Part shown: one piece after another, positions 28,201-38,682 of the stretch | How positions within the stretch are numbered: the stretch's first letter is position 1 | Layout: every line of letters begins with the position of its first letter | From: Perkinsus chesapeaki ATCC PRA-425 | Taxonomy: Eukaryota; Protista; Perkinsozoa | DNA: 64,000 nucleotides | NCBI GenBank assembly: GCA_013115145.1 | Contig: JAAPAO010000072.1 | Span: 1-64,000, forward strand | Direction: 5' to 3' | Notes under the pieces: generated by a model | What the model was told of the DNA's origin: nothing | Database searches by the model: none | The model's input: the letters and a program-made list of their open reading frames with translations, nothing else | Made by a program: the position numbers and the translations under genes

Positions 28201-29384
28201 CCCCCTTAACCACTCGGGCAAACACTCCAACGCTTTCGACGGTACGAAAACAATCGAGTATAAAAATGAGAGCCCCTCATTATACATCCCTACCGTCTTA
28301 TCTGTGGCCGAAGATGCAATGATCGTATCGCAATAATTAACAACCATTTCCATCACCTAGAAACCACAAATGCCTCAACCGGGGATCGAACCCCCGCGCA
28401 TACCTCTCCAGTATGACCAGCTAATGTCGAGTTCAATATACCTGTCTTTGCATTCCACACTCTTAGGCGGTAGTCATCTCCACCAGTCACTATCACTCGA
28501 GATCCACACGCGAAATGTACACAATATCTGTGGACCATAGATATGGCATCTACAAGGTAGAGAGTCCCTCCCTTACACTGGCACTGGTGGCTGCTGCTGC
28601 TGTTGAGCTGCTGCTGCTGCTGATGATGATGGTTGCTCATGACCACTCTCATCCTCAGTCGTGGGAGGAGGGGGTTGAGCCTCGGCTGGTGCACGATGCC
28701 CAAGTACAGACCAGATACGTTGGAGTTTACGAGAATGCAATACCGATGTAACAGCAGGAGATGGTCGATTGTTTGAGCCACCATGAATCTACACATTAAC
28801 ATCATCAGGAATACACCACCTTTGGTCATTATACATACCGACACTGCCGCCCTCCTCGTTATAGACCTGTAAGTTGATGCCCACGTAGCTGCTCTACGCT
28901 CCGATGCGTATTCACCTGCATCAGGCTCCGAGTGCAGTATCGGGCTAAATAACGATTAATCGAAATTGACGACTGGTCCGAGTAATACCGTCCAGAGCAA
29001 AGTTGAAGCAGTCTATCCTTTGGCACACTATGGAGGTCTAAGTTCTTTATGGTAGAGTATGACCTCGACCTAAATACCATCATCCTTTATAACTGGCAAT
29101 CTACCAATTATACCCAAACAACCCCGATGCTTCGGCTTCCTCTTTTAAAACGTCTGCTGCCGAACTCAATGCCTGAAGGACAAGACAATTCGATCATTCA
29201 TATACACCATTAATAACAATCTTTGTCAGACTCTGCCCTCTCCCACCAGTATTACCCCACTACTCTGTAGATCTTCCAACATACTAGTAACAAGCAATAA
29301 TAAATCCCTTGAGTTACCGTCCCAGTTGGCCCTCGATAAGGTATTACTGCTGCTATTGCTGCTGCTCCGTTGTTGACTACTCAT
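22254..29384 (-). CDS. BRWD/PHIP-like WD40 + bromodomain chromatin reader with ePHD and CW-type zinc fingers (many exons)
   Basis: N-terminus resembles PHIP (SRDLLLLVTSMLED..AADVLKEEAE; VPKDRLLQLC); WD40 repeats (GGDDYRLRVWN, AGHTGE, SATDKT/VRLWE); YIPQVGDYVRYFP BRWD signature; ePHD (CELC..LLGPF; CSVCGNSGATVTC..HIGC); bromodomain-like AYPIWTGLISQRLKN..YRGVEPLQEDL; C-terminal WIQCDACSK/WR..C..C. Confidence 0.75.
28146..28227 (-). tRNA. Intronic type II (Leu-body) tRNA-like gene with TAT anticodon (possibly pseudogene)
   Basis: GAGTGTT TG CCCGAGTGGTTAAGGG G GTGGA CTTATGG TTCAC TGGACATGTTCCGC GTAGG TTCGATC CCCAT AGCACTC A folds as an 82-nt cloverleaf with a long variable arm; lies in intron 28139-28293. 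Confidence 0.8.
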
Positions 29385-29516
29385 TATAGTGATACATCCC
29401 TATATCAGGGAGAAATACTAACAGTTATTATTTACACTATTTACGCAATATATAATAAAACGAGGGAAATGTTAATCACAGCAAGATGGGTGATAAAAAT
29501 AAGCCGCCGCTTAACC

Positions 29517-30006
29517 TTACATAACCACACCAGAGTTGCCTGACAATCACACTGTCATCGCCGCCGCCGTGTCACCACCTGTATCATCACCTATTCTCTG
29601 TAAGCCTTTAGGAGCCTGTTTAGCACATTGCTTTGTTACTTCATCATCCAACATTTCTGTATGTAACCAATTAAACCTATATCACATCTACACTAATAAT
29701 ACCACACGCACTAGTCACCTATCATTAATAACCTCCCTAGCATTAAGCTTTCTTAATTCTTTAGTCCAATAAACAGCTGAACCAGCTCGATACAGGAATG
29801 GTAAAGATAACACAGCAAGGAAGGTAGTACCCATCACTGTGGGAGAGTTCCAGAAGGTCGACTGAGATAATAAATAGTATTATGATTATTATGATGTTTA
29901 ATACCTCCCTAAAAGCGGACTTGAATCCACCAGCAGCCTTGAGGCCTTGTAATACACCAGATGATTGTTGAGCAGTGGCTAGGCGACCAAAGGCAACTCG
30001 AAACAT
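29517..30006 (-). CDS. Small mitochondrially targeted single-TM protein (4 exons)
   Basis: Spliced: MFRVAFGRLATAQQSSGVLQGLKAAGGFKSAFRE/STFWNSPTVMGTTFLAVLSLPFLYRAGSAVYWTKELRKLNAREVINDR/FNWLHTEMLDDEVTKQC...; N-terminus is basic with no acidic residues for about 33 aa. Confidence 0.65.
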
Positions 30007-30313
30007 GGTTAAAACCCAAACTAAAAATGCATAATGGTCAGTCGGATGTTGGTATATACGCATCGGTGATGAGATTCACACAGCTAGTTAGCGCTTTCCA
30101 AGATATGGTGAGGGGCTGATTTTCAAAACCGCTTCCAGAAACTGTTCCAGAATAGCACGAAGCCTTGTCTATTGAACGGGCGGTGAGAGAGCTTGATTCC
30201 TGATTACTGTGAAGACGAGTTCCTCTGTATAATATGCTTCGCTCCGCTAACAAAACTGCACGTTGAGTAGCGCACGCCCACTTACGTGTACCTTCTAATT
30301 AAATGACGTCAAG

Positions 30314-30651
30314 ATGTTATCTTATATGACTATAATATTAATGACAGCTGCAGGTAGGGAATGCCCTCCTAATGCTAATACACACTGTTTTGATAATGAA
30401 GATTTTACATGTGAAAGATGCTGTACAACGGCACCCAATCAACCTCGAGGGAATCCTGAATGTTGGATTGAATATCTCCAGTAACTATAGCCTCTTAGAA
30501 TAGGCACTTTTGGGAATTACTTTAATAATTGCATTAATATGCCGATAGGTATGAGCCGTGTTGCGGTACCGCAGCATTTGAAGCATCAGGGAAGTCCCTA
30601 CCATTACCATCTTCACTTAACCTCAGTAACCTGCCTGATGTCCCGCCATAG
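30314..30651 (+). CDS. Small secreted Cys-rich protein (2 exons, 89 aa)
   Basis: Exons 30314-30480 and 30549-30651 join in frame: MLSYMTIILMTAAGRECPPNANTHCFDNEDFTCERCC..GNPECWIEYLQYEPCCG... Confidence 0.6.
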
Positions 30652-30748
30652 ACCGTACCATGCTAATACACCTATTGTTGAGTTTCTGATAGACTAATAT
30701 AATAGTTTTTCGTCCTTTTATAATTTCGGACGTCCAGTCTGGTGACCT

Positions 30749-32210
30749 ATGCAACAACAGAAGCCTAATACTCGATTACTGGCACAAAGCACTAATCTAA
30801 CCAAGCGGTAGGACCAAAGAGGAGGTATATGGGGAAATTATCTGCATCGTCAGGTTCGAGGAGTCTGATAAAATAATTTATAACAGCGGTTTTACATGTA
30901 CTGTGGTCCAAGGCCGTGACCGCGTCACTGATAATGTAGTATAGGACTGTTAGTCAACCTAAAAGGAATCTTTGTTAGAAAGTGGCTATCAAACTAGTCC
31001 AGAAAAAGAAGCTCGTCACCGATGCTGAGATAGAACGTGCCAGGTGATGATAGTAATATTAATATGAACCAACTTAACATTAGATACGAGTTAAAGTATC
31101 ATTCTTCATTGTCCCATCCTAATATAGTACCATTGGTGGCTTGTGAAGAGACTAATGAAGGTTTTATAGCAATAACGCCTTATGGTAGGAGCATAGCAAC
31201 ACTCCTTTCGAAGATGGTATCTATTAGCATGCGATGGAGACCTTTATGAGCTTACACATTGCACAACATTAACTGAGGAAGCAACAAGGAACTGCATTAG
31301 TCAAGTATGGCTCTTAAATGTGGCTCACATTGTGAAAAGAGTGTTGATAGATCCTTGCTGCTATCAATTATATGCATACTCAGAAGAGGCTCGTTCATGG
31401 TGATATTAAACCGGTAATAGGAGTGTAGAGTGGTTTATGATGATTACAGGAGGGGGGTTTGTTATTTAGCATAATATGTTATTGCGTAAAATAGAAGGTA
31501 AATTTATATTATTACTCTGTGACTTTGGATTCACAGAGGAGCTTCGACCACATACCAATGATGTCTTATTCACTCAGCTTAGAGGTAGGCAACAACAACA
31601 ACCTCTATGAGCTTGGATACTACTCTATAGGCACTTCCGGGTACTTCGCTCCCGAACAACTTGCTGGTCGAAATTACGATGGTAAAGTTGACGTATTTGC
31701 TGCTGGGGTTATAACATTCACTCTTATCGGGGTAATAATAATATCCCTTGCTCTGTTTTACGCTGCCTGTTAGGGCTATGAGCCATTCTATCCTCCGGAC
31801 AACATGTCGGAGCCGGTAGAGTTCGAACCACGTTATTGGCAACATGTGAGTGATGAAGCTAAGGATTTTATGAGGCGGTAAGTAACGTAATTTAGCCACT
31901 ACTTTGACAGACTGAGGTCAGATGTCTCGCCATTGATCCTCGGCAACGAATGTCCTGTGAAGAGGCATTGGCCCATCCATGGCTATCGATGGGCATACCA
32001 AAGCATGTCAGTCGATATGTAAATGGATTGAAAGATTATCACTCGGGCTTTCAGACATCACCTCGTGGTTCGGCGGAAGGGGACTATAGCATGAACCCTC
32101 CACCTGATGAAAGTATTGACTTTTGGAATGCAAAGGATGTTATTATAAAGGAGTTCGAGGCCTGTATATCGAATAGGAGTAATGATGTCCCATCTAAGTC
32201 GGAAAGGTAA
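30749..32210 (+). CDS. Ser/Thr protein kinase (CAMK-like, many exons)
   Basis: KVAIK, HPNIV, HGDIKP, CDFG, GTSGYFAPE, DVFAAGVI and ALAHPWL subdomains found across short introns. Confidence 0.85.
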
Positions 32211-32280
32211 TATCACCTTCAGTAGTGTTGCTAGCAGCAATCATTGACAGTTTCATCGATCACGACATTGATCTCTTCAC

Positions 32281-33992
32281 ATGTGCTGATGTTGCAGCTG
32301 GTCCACAGGCCGCTAAGGGATCTTAATGAAGGATGGGGGACGAGGAGGAGGAGGAGGCATCAACATTGTTGTTATTGCATGTTTTCGGTCTATTTTAATT
32401 TCTTACACTACTATTAGAACCCACTGTTTGTTGTATGCTGCTGCTGATGGATGGAGAGGGTGTTGTTGATACCACCATGGATTTATATACAAGATAAGGA
32501 AATATAGAGAGGGAAATTCTGCTGCATTTTTATCATCAGAGGAGGTATCCCTCCCAAGAATCATAACTGTTGTGTTAAGTAAGTATCGATGGGTGGTGCC
32601 GATTTAGGTGATCTATGGATGGCAAAGGGGAAAGATATATATCTCTGCTGAAGGCAAGGATTGGTGACGTTGAGATAAGTGAAGCATTAAATGATGAAGA
32701 GGTAAAGGATTCCTACACGAATGGAGTTGATGGGGAATTCAGATGGTGTATGCTTGGAAGAGGATAGCTCAACAAGGCTGTATAACAAGAGGGAGGCTTC
32801 AACACTTTATTAATATATTTATAGGATCTCCTGAGGGGGGAGGTTGCTCATTGTCTGTATTAAGATAACATTAGTATCATTAAATAGTAATGCTGCTAGG
32901 CATTGGAGATAGCAGACTTATATAAGTATATGAACGGAGGCAATGAAGATGGGGGCGATGTAACACAGAAGGGCTTTAAGGTGTACTAGTTATGTGATAA
33001 CGGTGAGATATCATAGGCCCATAGGATTTCTTGACAAGTCAGCCTACCAAAGAGATGCTGGGTGATGTGATACCAGGCAGGCCTAGTAGGCTATCTGCAT
33101 GTGGGATAACACATCCTCGACATTATCTTTCATAGTGGATATTTAGTTAGTGCGGCTGGAAAGCTGCCATTTAGTGGGGATGAGGATCAGAAGTGGAATA
33201 AGGCATTTTATGAAGGTTCGAACGACTTACATGAAGAGAACAAACGAAAGTATTGTGGGCTCGTAAAGATACTCAACATCTCAACCCTCATTTACTTTCG
33301 AAGACTTCACTTGATAAATGTTAATTGTTGTATACCGCAGTGTCATGCGTGGAGCTCGGATACCATCACTGGTGGTAGAGAATGTCGTCAGGTTTTTAGC
33401 GAGTGAAGAGGCCGGTATGAAGGAAATTGAGAGGCAATGCCTCATCGAACTGTTTACCAATCTCGACACTAAACGCCGAGGTAAGGCCCCAAGGCGGCGT
33501 TGCCACCTTCTACATCCTATTAAGGTTGTTTGGATGCTGATGACATCGCCAATAAGATTGTAAGAAATCATGTCGGCTTCACACGGAAGGAGGGCAAGAA
33601 GGCGGATCGGTCAATAGAGTCGTTGGCTTTGTCACAAGATGTAGGTTAAGCTGTGGATGGTATGGATGATAATGATGCCTAATAGATATTGTTTGAGCTA
33701 CGGTATCGCGCTGCTATGAAAGGGTTGATACGTCGCAGTGCAAGAGATAGATGGGGTACAATTAGGGAACGATTCATGCGTGCTTCAGTCCATGATGATG
33801 CTGCTAAGAGAGAAGAAACATTTATAACCGATCTTGGTAAATAACACTCCAAGTGAATAGTCAACATGTTTCGTAGGTAGAAGAAAGCTCTCAATAGAAG
33901 GATATGATGATGATGCCACCAATGGTGACTCATCCGTCCTTCCATTTCAGGTGAACCAATGTCCACATTGTGGCGGCAATCCAATATTATAA
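32281..33992 (+). CDS. Multi-exon hypothetical protein with EF-hand-like segments
   Basis: Exon fragments such as LIELFTNLDTKRRG/CLDADDIANKI and LYKYMNGGNEDGGDVTQKGF; start uncertain. Confidence 0.35.
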
Positions 33993-34162
33993 AGCCTACA
34001 CTATTGTTAGGTTTGGTTAGCTGCTGTTGGTGGAGGGTTGGCGAGAAAGAAGGATGATGAGTTGTGAAGGGCGACAAGTCTTCACTTGTCATGGAACATG
34101 TTAATTTACAGTGTCTATTAATGAAAGGAGTAACCAGTTTTGAGTTGAATACTACATTCAGA

Positions 34163-34234
34163 ACGGCGCGCCCGGATTTGAACCGAGGACCTGCTGATCT
34201 GCAGTCAGCCGCTCTACCACTGAGCTACACACCC
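34163..34234 (-). tRNA. tRNA-Cys (GCA)
   Basis: GGGTGTG TA GCTCAGTGGTAGAGC G GCTGA CTGCAGA TCAGC AGGTC CTCGG TTCAAAT CCGGG CGCGCCG T; 72 nt with U73 discriminator; G1:G72 mismatch. Confidence 0.9.
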
Positions 34235-34466
34235 TTGGCGTACTTATTGGCGAGCCAAGGCGTCGAATTTCTCAACTCTGATCGTTCAGCCGTAGCTTTC
34301 CTTGTCGTAGTACTAGCCTTATACTGAATGTAATAACCCAACATTACGTCCATCATCCCTCTCTTCATCCCATTCGCACTCACTCTTGTCGCGCACGCCA
34401 TCTCGATCGATACCCACAATCTTAAATAATATATCCTCCTTTAAAGGTTGTTGAATCTTTACCACT

Positions 34467-36527
34467 ATGGATGAGCAATACGACGTCATCGTTTGTGGCA
34501 CTGGACTTAAGGAATGCATTCTATCCGGTTTGTTCTCTGTACTAAATCTTTCACCATACCTATATACTATATACCATTATTTAGTGCTACGGTAAGAAGG
34601 TCCTCCATTTGGATCGGAATGGTTATTATGGTGGTGACTGTGCCTCATTGAATCTTACCACATTATGGGATAAGTTCAGGCCAGGTAATGTAATAGTCAC
34701 TTGTAATAGTAATGGAGTAACTCAGTAGGAGAGAAGCCACCAGCGGATTATGGATCTAATAGGGATTGGAATGTTGATCTCATCCCAAAGTTCGTTATGG
34801 CATCTGGTCAACTTGTTAAAATACTTTTAAAGACTAAAGTTACCAGGTGAGGCATTAGTGGCGGTGACGTTGCTAGAATGTATGGCAGATATCTCGAATG
34901 GAAATCTGTTGAAGGAACATACGTCTATCAGTATCAGGCTGCTGGCCTATTCTCTAACGAGAAGTTCATTCACAAGGTATAAGGGTGCAGCCGTCACTGA
35001 GTGGGGTGATGCTTGGTTTAGGTGCCAGCGACAGAGATGGAGATTGTTAAGTCACCTTTGATGGGTATAATGGAAAAGAAAAGATGTACTAGTTTTTTCA
35101 TGTTTATTGCGAGGTGGGTCGGTCGTGTGGCATTATTAACGTCTATGCTTCATTTAGGTGGAAGGATGATGATGTATCGACTCATGATGGTATCGATGGT
35201 AACAGGCATACGATGATGCAAGTAGGAGTAGTTAGCATCACATACCGACTTAACCATACCTATAGGTTTATGAGAAATATGGCCTTCAACCTGACACTAT
35301 AGACTTCTTTGGTCATGCCGTTGCTTTGTATCCTGACGACAGTTATTTATTCAAGCCATGTGGACCAACTATTCAAAAGATGAAATTGTAATAGTAAATG
35401 GTTGTCTTTTTTATTTCATAACCTTTTTAATAGGTATCTTGATTCTATCACAAGATACGGTCAGAGTCCATTCATCTATCCTATCTATGGATTAGGTAGC
35501 AGTAAAAGTGAATAGTCAATAAGGAGGCTTACTCTGGATAGGTGGGATACCGGAAGGCTTCAGTCGTTTAAGTGCCATCCATGGTGGTACCTATATGCTT
35601 AATAAGCCTGTTGGTAAGTATTCAACTACTCTTACTTATCATTAATCATCCCTACAGATGGATTCGAGTTCGATACCGATGGTAAGATCTGCGGTGTTAA
35701 GTCGGAGGGGGAGGTAGTAATATTATTACACAATCGTTGTAGACGACAACTTGTCGTCGTCATCGGCCGCTACCACACCGCTACAGGTTGCTCATGCCCC
35801 TTTGGTTGTATGTGACCCTTCATATGTTAAAGATACTCTCCCTCAAAAAGTCAGATGCACTGGCCGTACCATCAGAGCTATTTGCGTAGGTTTATCCGCT
35901 CCACCAACCATTCAAGTGTTATTAGATTCTCGGTCATCCTATTCCGAACACTAATGATGCAACCTCTTGTCAAATCATTATCCCACAAAAACAGCTCAAT
36001 AGGAGGTAATGAACAGCAAGGGGGTTATGCATGTCATCATTTCTTCAAGGTCTGATGTCTACGTTATGATGGTCTCTTGGGCGCATAATATCGCGTATAA
36101 AGGAAAGTAGTATCATTCAAGATTTAGCTCTTTCCATTGGTGAGGTGTAGGTATGTAGCATTGGTCTCCACCACTGTTGAAACTAACGATCCTGAGAGAG
36201 AGATAATGCCAGCACTTCAACTATTAGGCAACATTGAGAACAAGTTCGTTACGATATCGGAGAAGTAAGCACACTGAATGGTTACATTGTGAGGATCTAT
36301 GCTACAGTTATGAACCAACCGATGATGGCAAAGAGGATCAGTTGTTCGTGTCAAAGTCTTATGATGCTACCAGCCACTTCGAGTCGGCAACACAGGATGT
36401 AATATTATCCTTCATTTGTGTATTGAATATCGTATCATTATAGGTGTTGGAGATGTGGGAAAGGATTACTGGTAAGCCTTTGGATTTAACACTTACACCT
36501 GAAGACACTGCTGAAGATGAACAATAG
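34467..36527 (+). CDS. GDI1: Rab GDP dissociation inhibitor (many exons)
   Basis: [75 protein letters not shown]. Confidence 0.93.
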
Positions 36528-36633
36528 GAATAATAACACACAATATCCCTTTTAATGATGACTATGCTTCTATTATTTACATCTGTTGAGTTTAACTAAG
36601 TCCAAAGTACAGCGCAAGTGTTAACGTGATTGA

Positions 36634-38281
36634 ATGGCGCCAGCAGCAGCAGCAGCCATTGAAGAGAGTGGTAGAGTGTGCAGTGGATGCAACAGACGAT
36701 TAAATCACGAACACTATTCTAATAAACAATGGCAGGCTAAAGCTAAAGTTAGGAAATGCTTGAAATGTAGCGGTTACTGGATTATTAATGGAACAGCACT
36801 CTCATCATCGATCAGGCACATCAACACACAACGGCAACGAAACAACCAAGAGCCATGGAGGTATCGAAGTTGTTACTGTCGAGCCGTATGGTAGAGTATT
36901 GCGGACAACTGCGGCTGTGAAGAAAGGGGATGTTATATGGCAAGAGGAACCTATTGTACATTCGGCAAGAGTGGCGGACTTAACTCGACGGGAGGAAGTC
37001 TTTGTATCGGTTTTAAGCAGCAAGCTGAACGGTTTGAGTGTTATTGAAGATTTCCTCTTTATCAAGGCATATGTCGCCCTACCTTTGAGGGACAGGAATA
37101 CAGTGCTTGACTGTTATTATCCAACCAAAGCGGAGGTGTCTAGGTCACCGTTGCTGTCAGCACTCATAAAGATATGCCCACCCATTTTTGAAGAGCTCTT
37201 CAAAGGCTCTGATGGAGCCTTACGAAATTGGACAGGCGCCCCGGTGAATGATTCCGATGAGCTCGAGAAAGTTGTCCTGATTAAAGCCACGAATGCTCAT
37301 GCTTACTACGTTCAGTCTGAGGTCACCGCATGCGCCCTGTACGAACTTGGCAGCAAAATGCGGCATTCGTGTGCTCCTAATGTGGTGTATTCAAGCCGAC
37401 GTGGCAGCGGCGGTAGCAGCGTCGAGTCCAGCCAGGGCAGTTTCGTGGCACTTATCGATCTGCCGGCCAATACCGAGCTGCGATTCTCCTACATAGAACC
37501 TGTTGCACCAGCGTGTATGAGACGGCAACTGCTGTTGAATAATTATGTGTTTTATTGTGACTGTCCACTGTGTGAATCAATTGACTATTATCGCGGCATA
37601 CCTTGCCCGAAGTGTTCCCCGAGACGAGGGGATTGGGTTGAAGCCGCTGAGACTAAACTCATCCATCCTGATGATCTGAAAATGCCACAGGTGTTAAGTC
37701 AAGGAACGATCTACCATGTTGATAAGGAAGACTATCAGTGGGTGTGCAACGTGTGTGGTGCCAAGGTATCTGAGGATGAATGTGGTCTACCGGAGGACCT
37801 TGAAGACTCTCTCATAGACACTGCTCGAAACTGTGATGATCTCGATGAATATGAGCTATCTCAACACCTCCGATCGATGCCACTCATCCTAGGTGTTAAT
37901 CATTCCGCTGTATGGTTGGTTCGTAAAGCATATATCAATCGGCTGATAGAGAACAACGGCGCATTGGAAAGAATAAAAAACGAAACGGCTCAGTTGCTGG
38001 CAGCTGTTGATCATGCCGGAGAGCTATTCGAGAAGGAGCTTGGCCCGCATTACTATATCGAGTCCGGTGCAGCATTTATGGAGTCTTTGTTAAATAAGGT
38101 TGCTGGGCGATTAACCAGAGATAGGCAGTGGGAGTTGGCAGAAGAATACCTTCAGAAGTCTAAGGCGTCGATGTTGTTACTCATGGCGCCCAATGATGAT
38201 CCGATTGTTACCATCGATAAAGCTCTAGCTGCCTGTCAGCTTGGAGATGTTTCAATGTTACCACAAGTGTTCCGTGGTTAA
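36634..38281 (+). CDS. SMYD-type SET-domain lysine methyltransferase with N-terminal zinc finger
   Basis: GRVLRTTAAVKKGDVIWQEEP, SKMRHSCAPN, ELRFSYI and post-SET YCDCPLC. A 43-nt GT-AG intron (36773-36815) joins the upstream CSGC..YSNKQ..CLKC exon in frame. Confidence 0.85.
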
Positions 38282-38682
38282 GGGTAAAAGTGTCGTGTTT
38301 AAAGTCAGCATGTGGTTTACAGAAGAGGAGGCCCTTAATGATAGCATTACTTTGGGAAAGAGACTCGATATCGAGAAACATCTTTCGAGGCTCTCGCGGG
38401 AGTTAGAGTCAAACAGTGCATCATAAAACACGCGTTTTTGCAATCATCAATAAACAGGATGTAGCTGGGAACCTTGTAAGCAGCCTACCTTGTCACCCTT
38501 TATGAATGTCGGCCTATTGATATTGTTGCTCACTTCACGGAATGCCGATGTAAAAGAGATAAGTAAGCCGCCGACATGCGTGATGTAGCAAAATAACCGT
38601 TAATGTAAGGTAATGAGTTTTACGAGGACCAATACATTCTGACAATGGAGGAAGTCTGGAACACACGATCAAGCAATTTCTT

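Noticed and set aside
33690-33720. SL 5' end match ACCGTAGC on the minus strand
   Set aside because: Only 8 nt and antisense to a coding exon; expected by chance.
33679-34092. 137-aa minus-strand ORF as a separate gene
   Set aside because: The plus strand here reads as continuing exons of the 32281-33992 gene.
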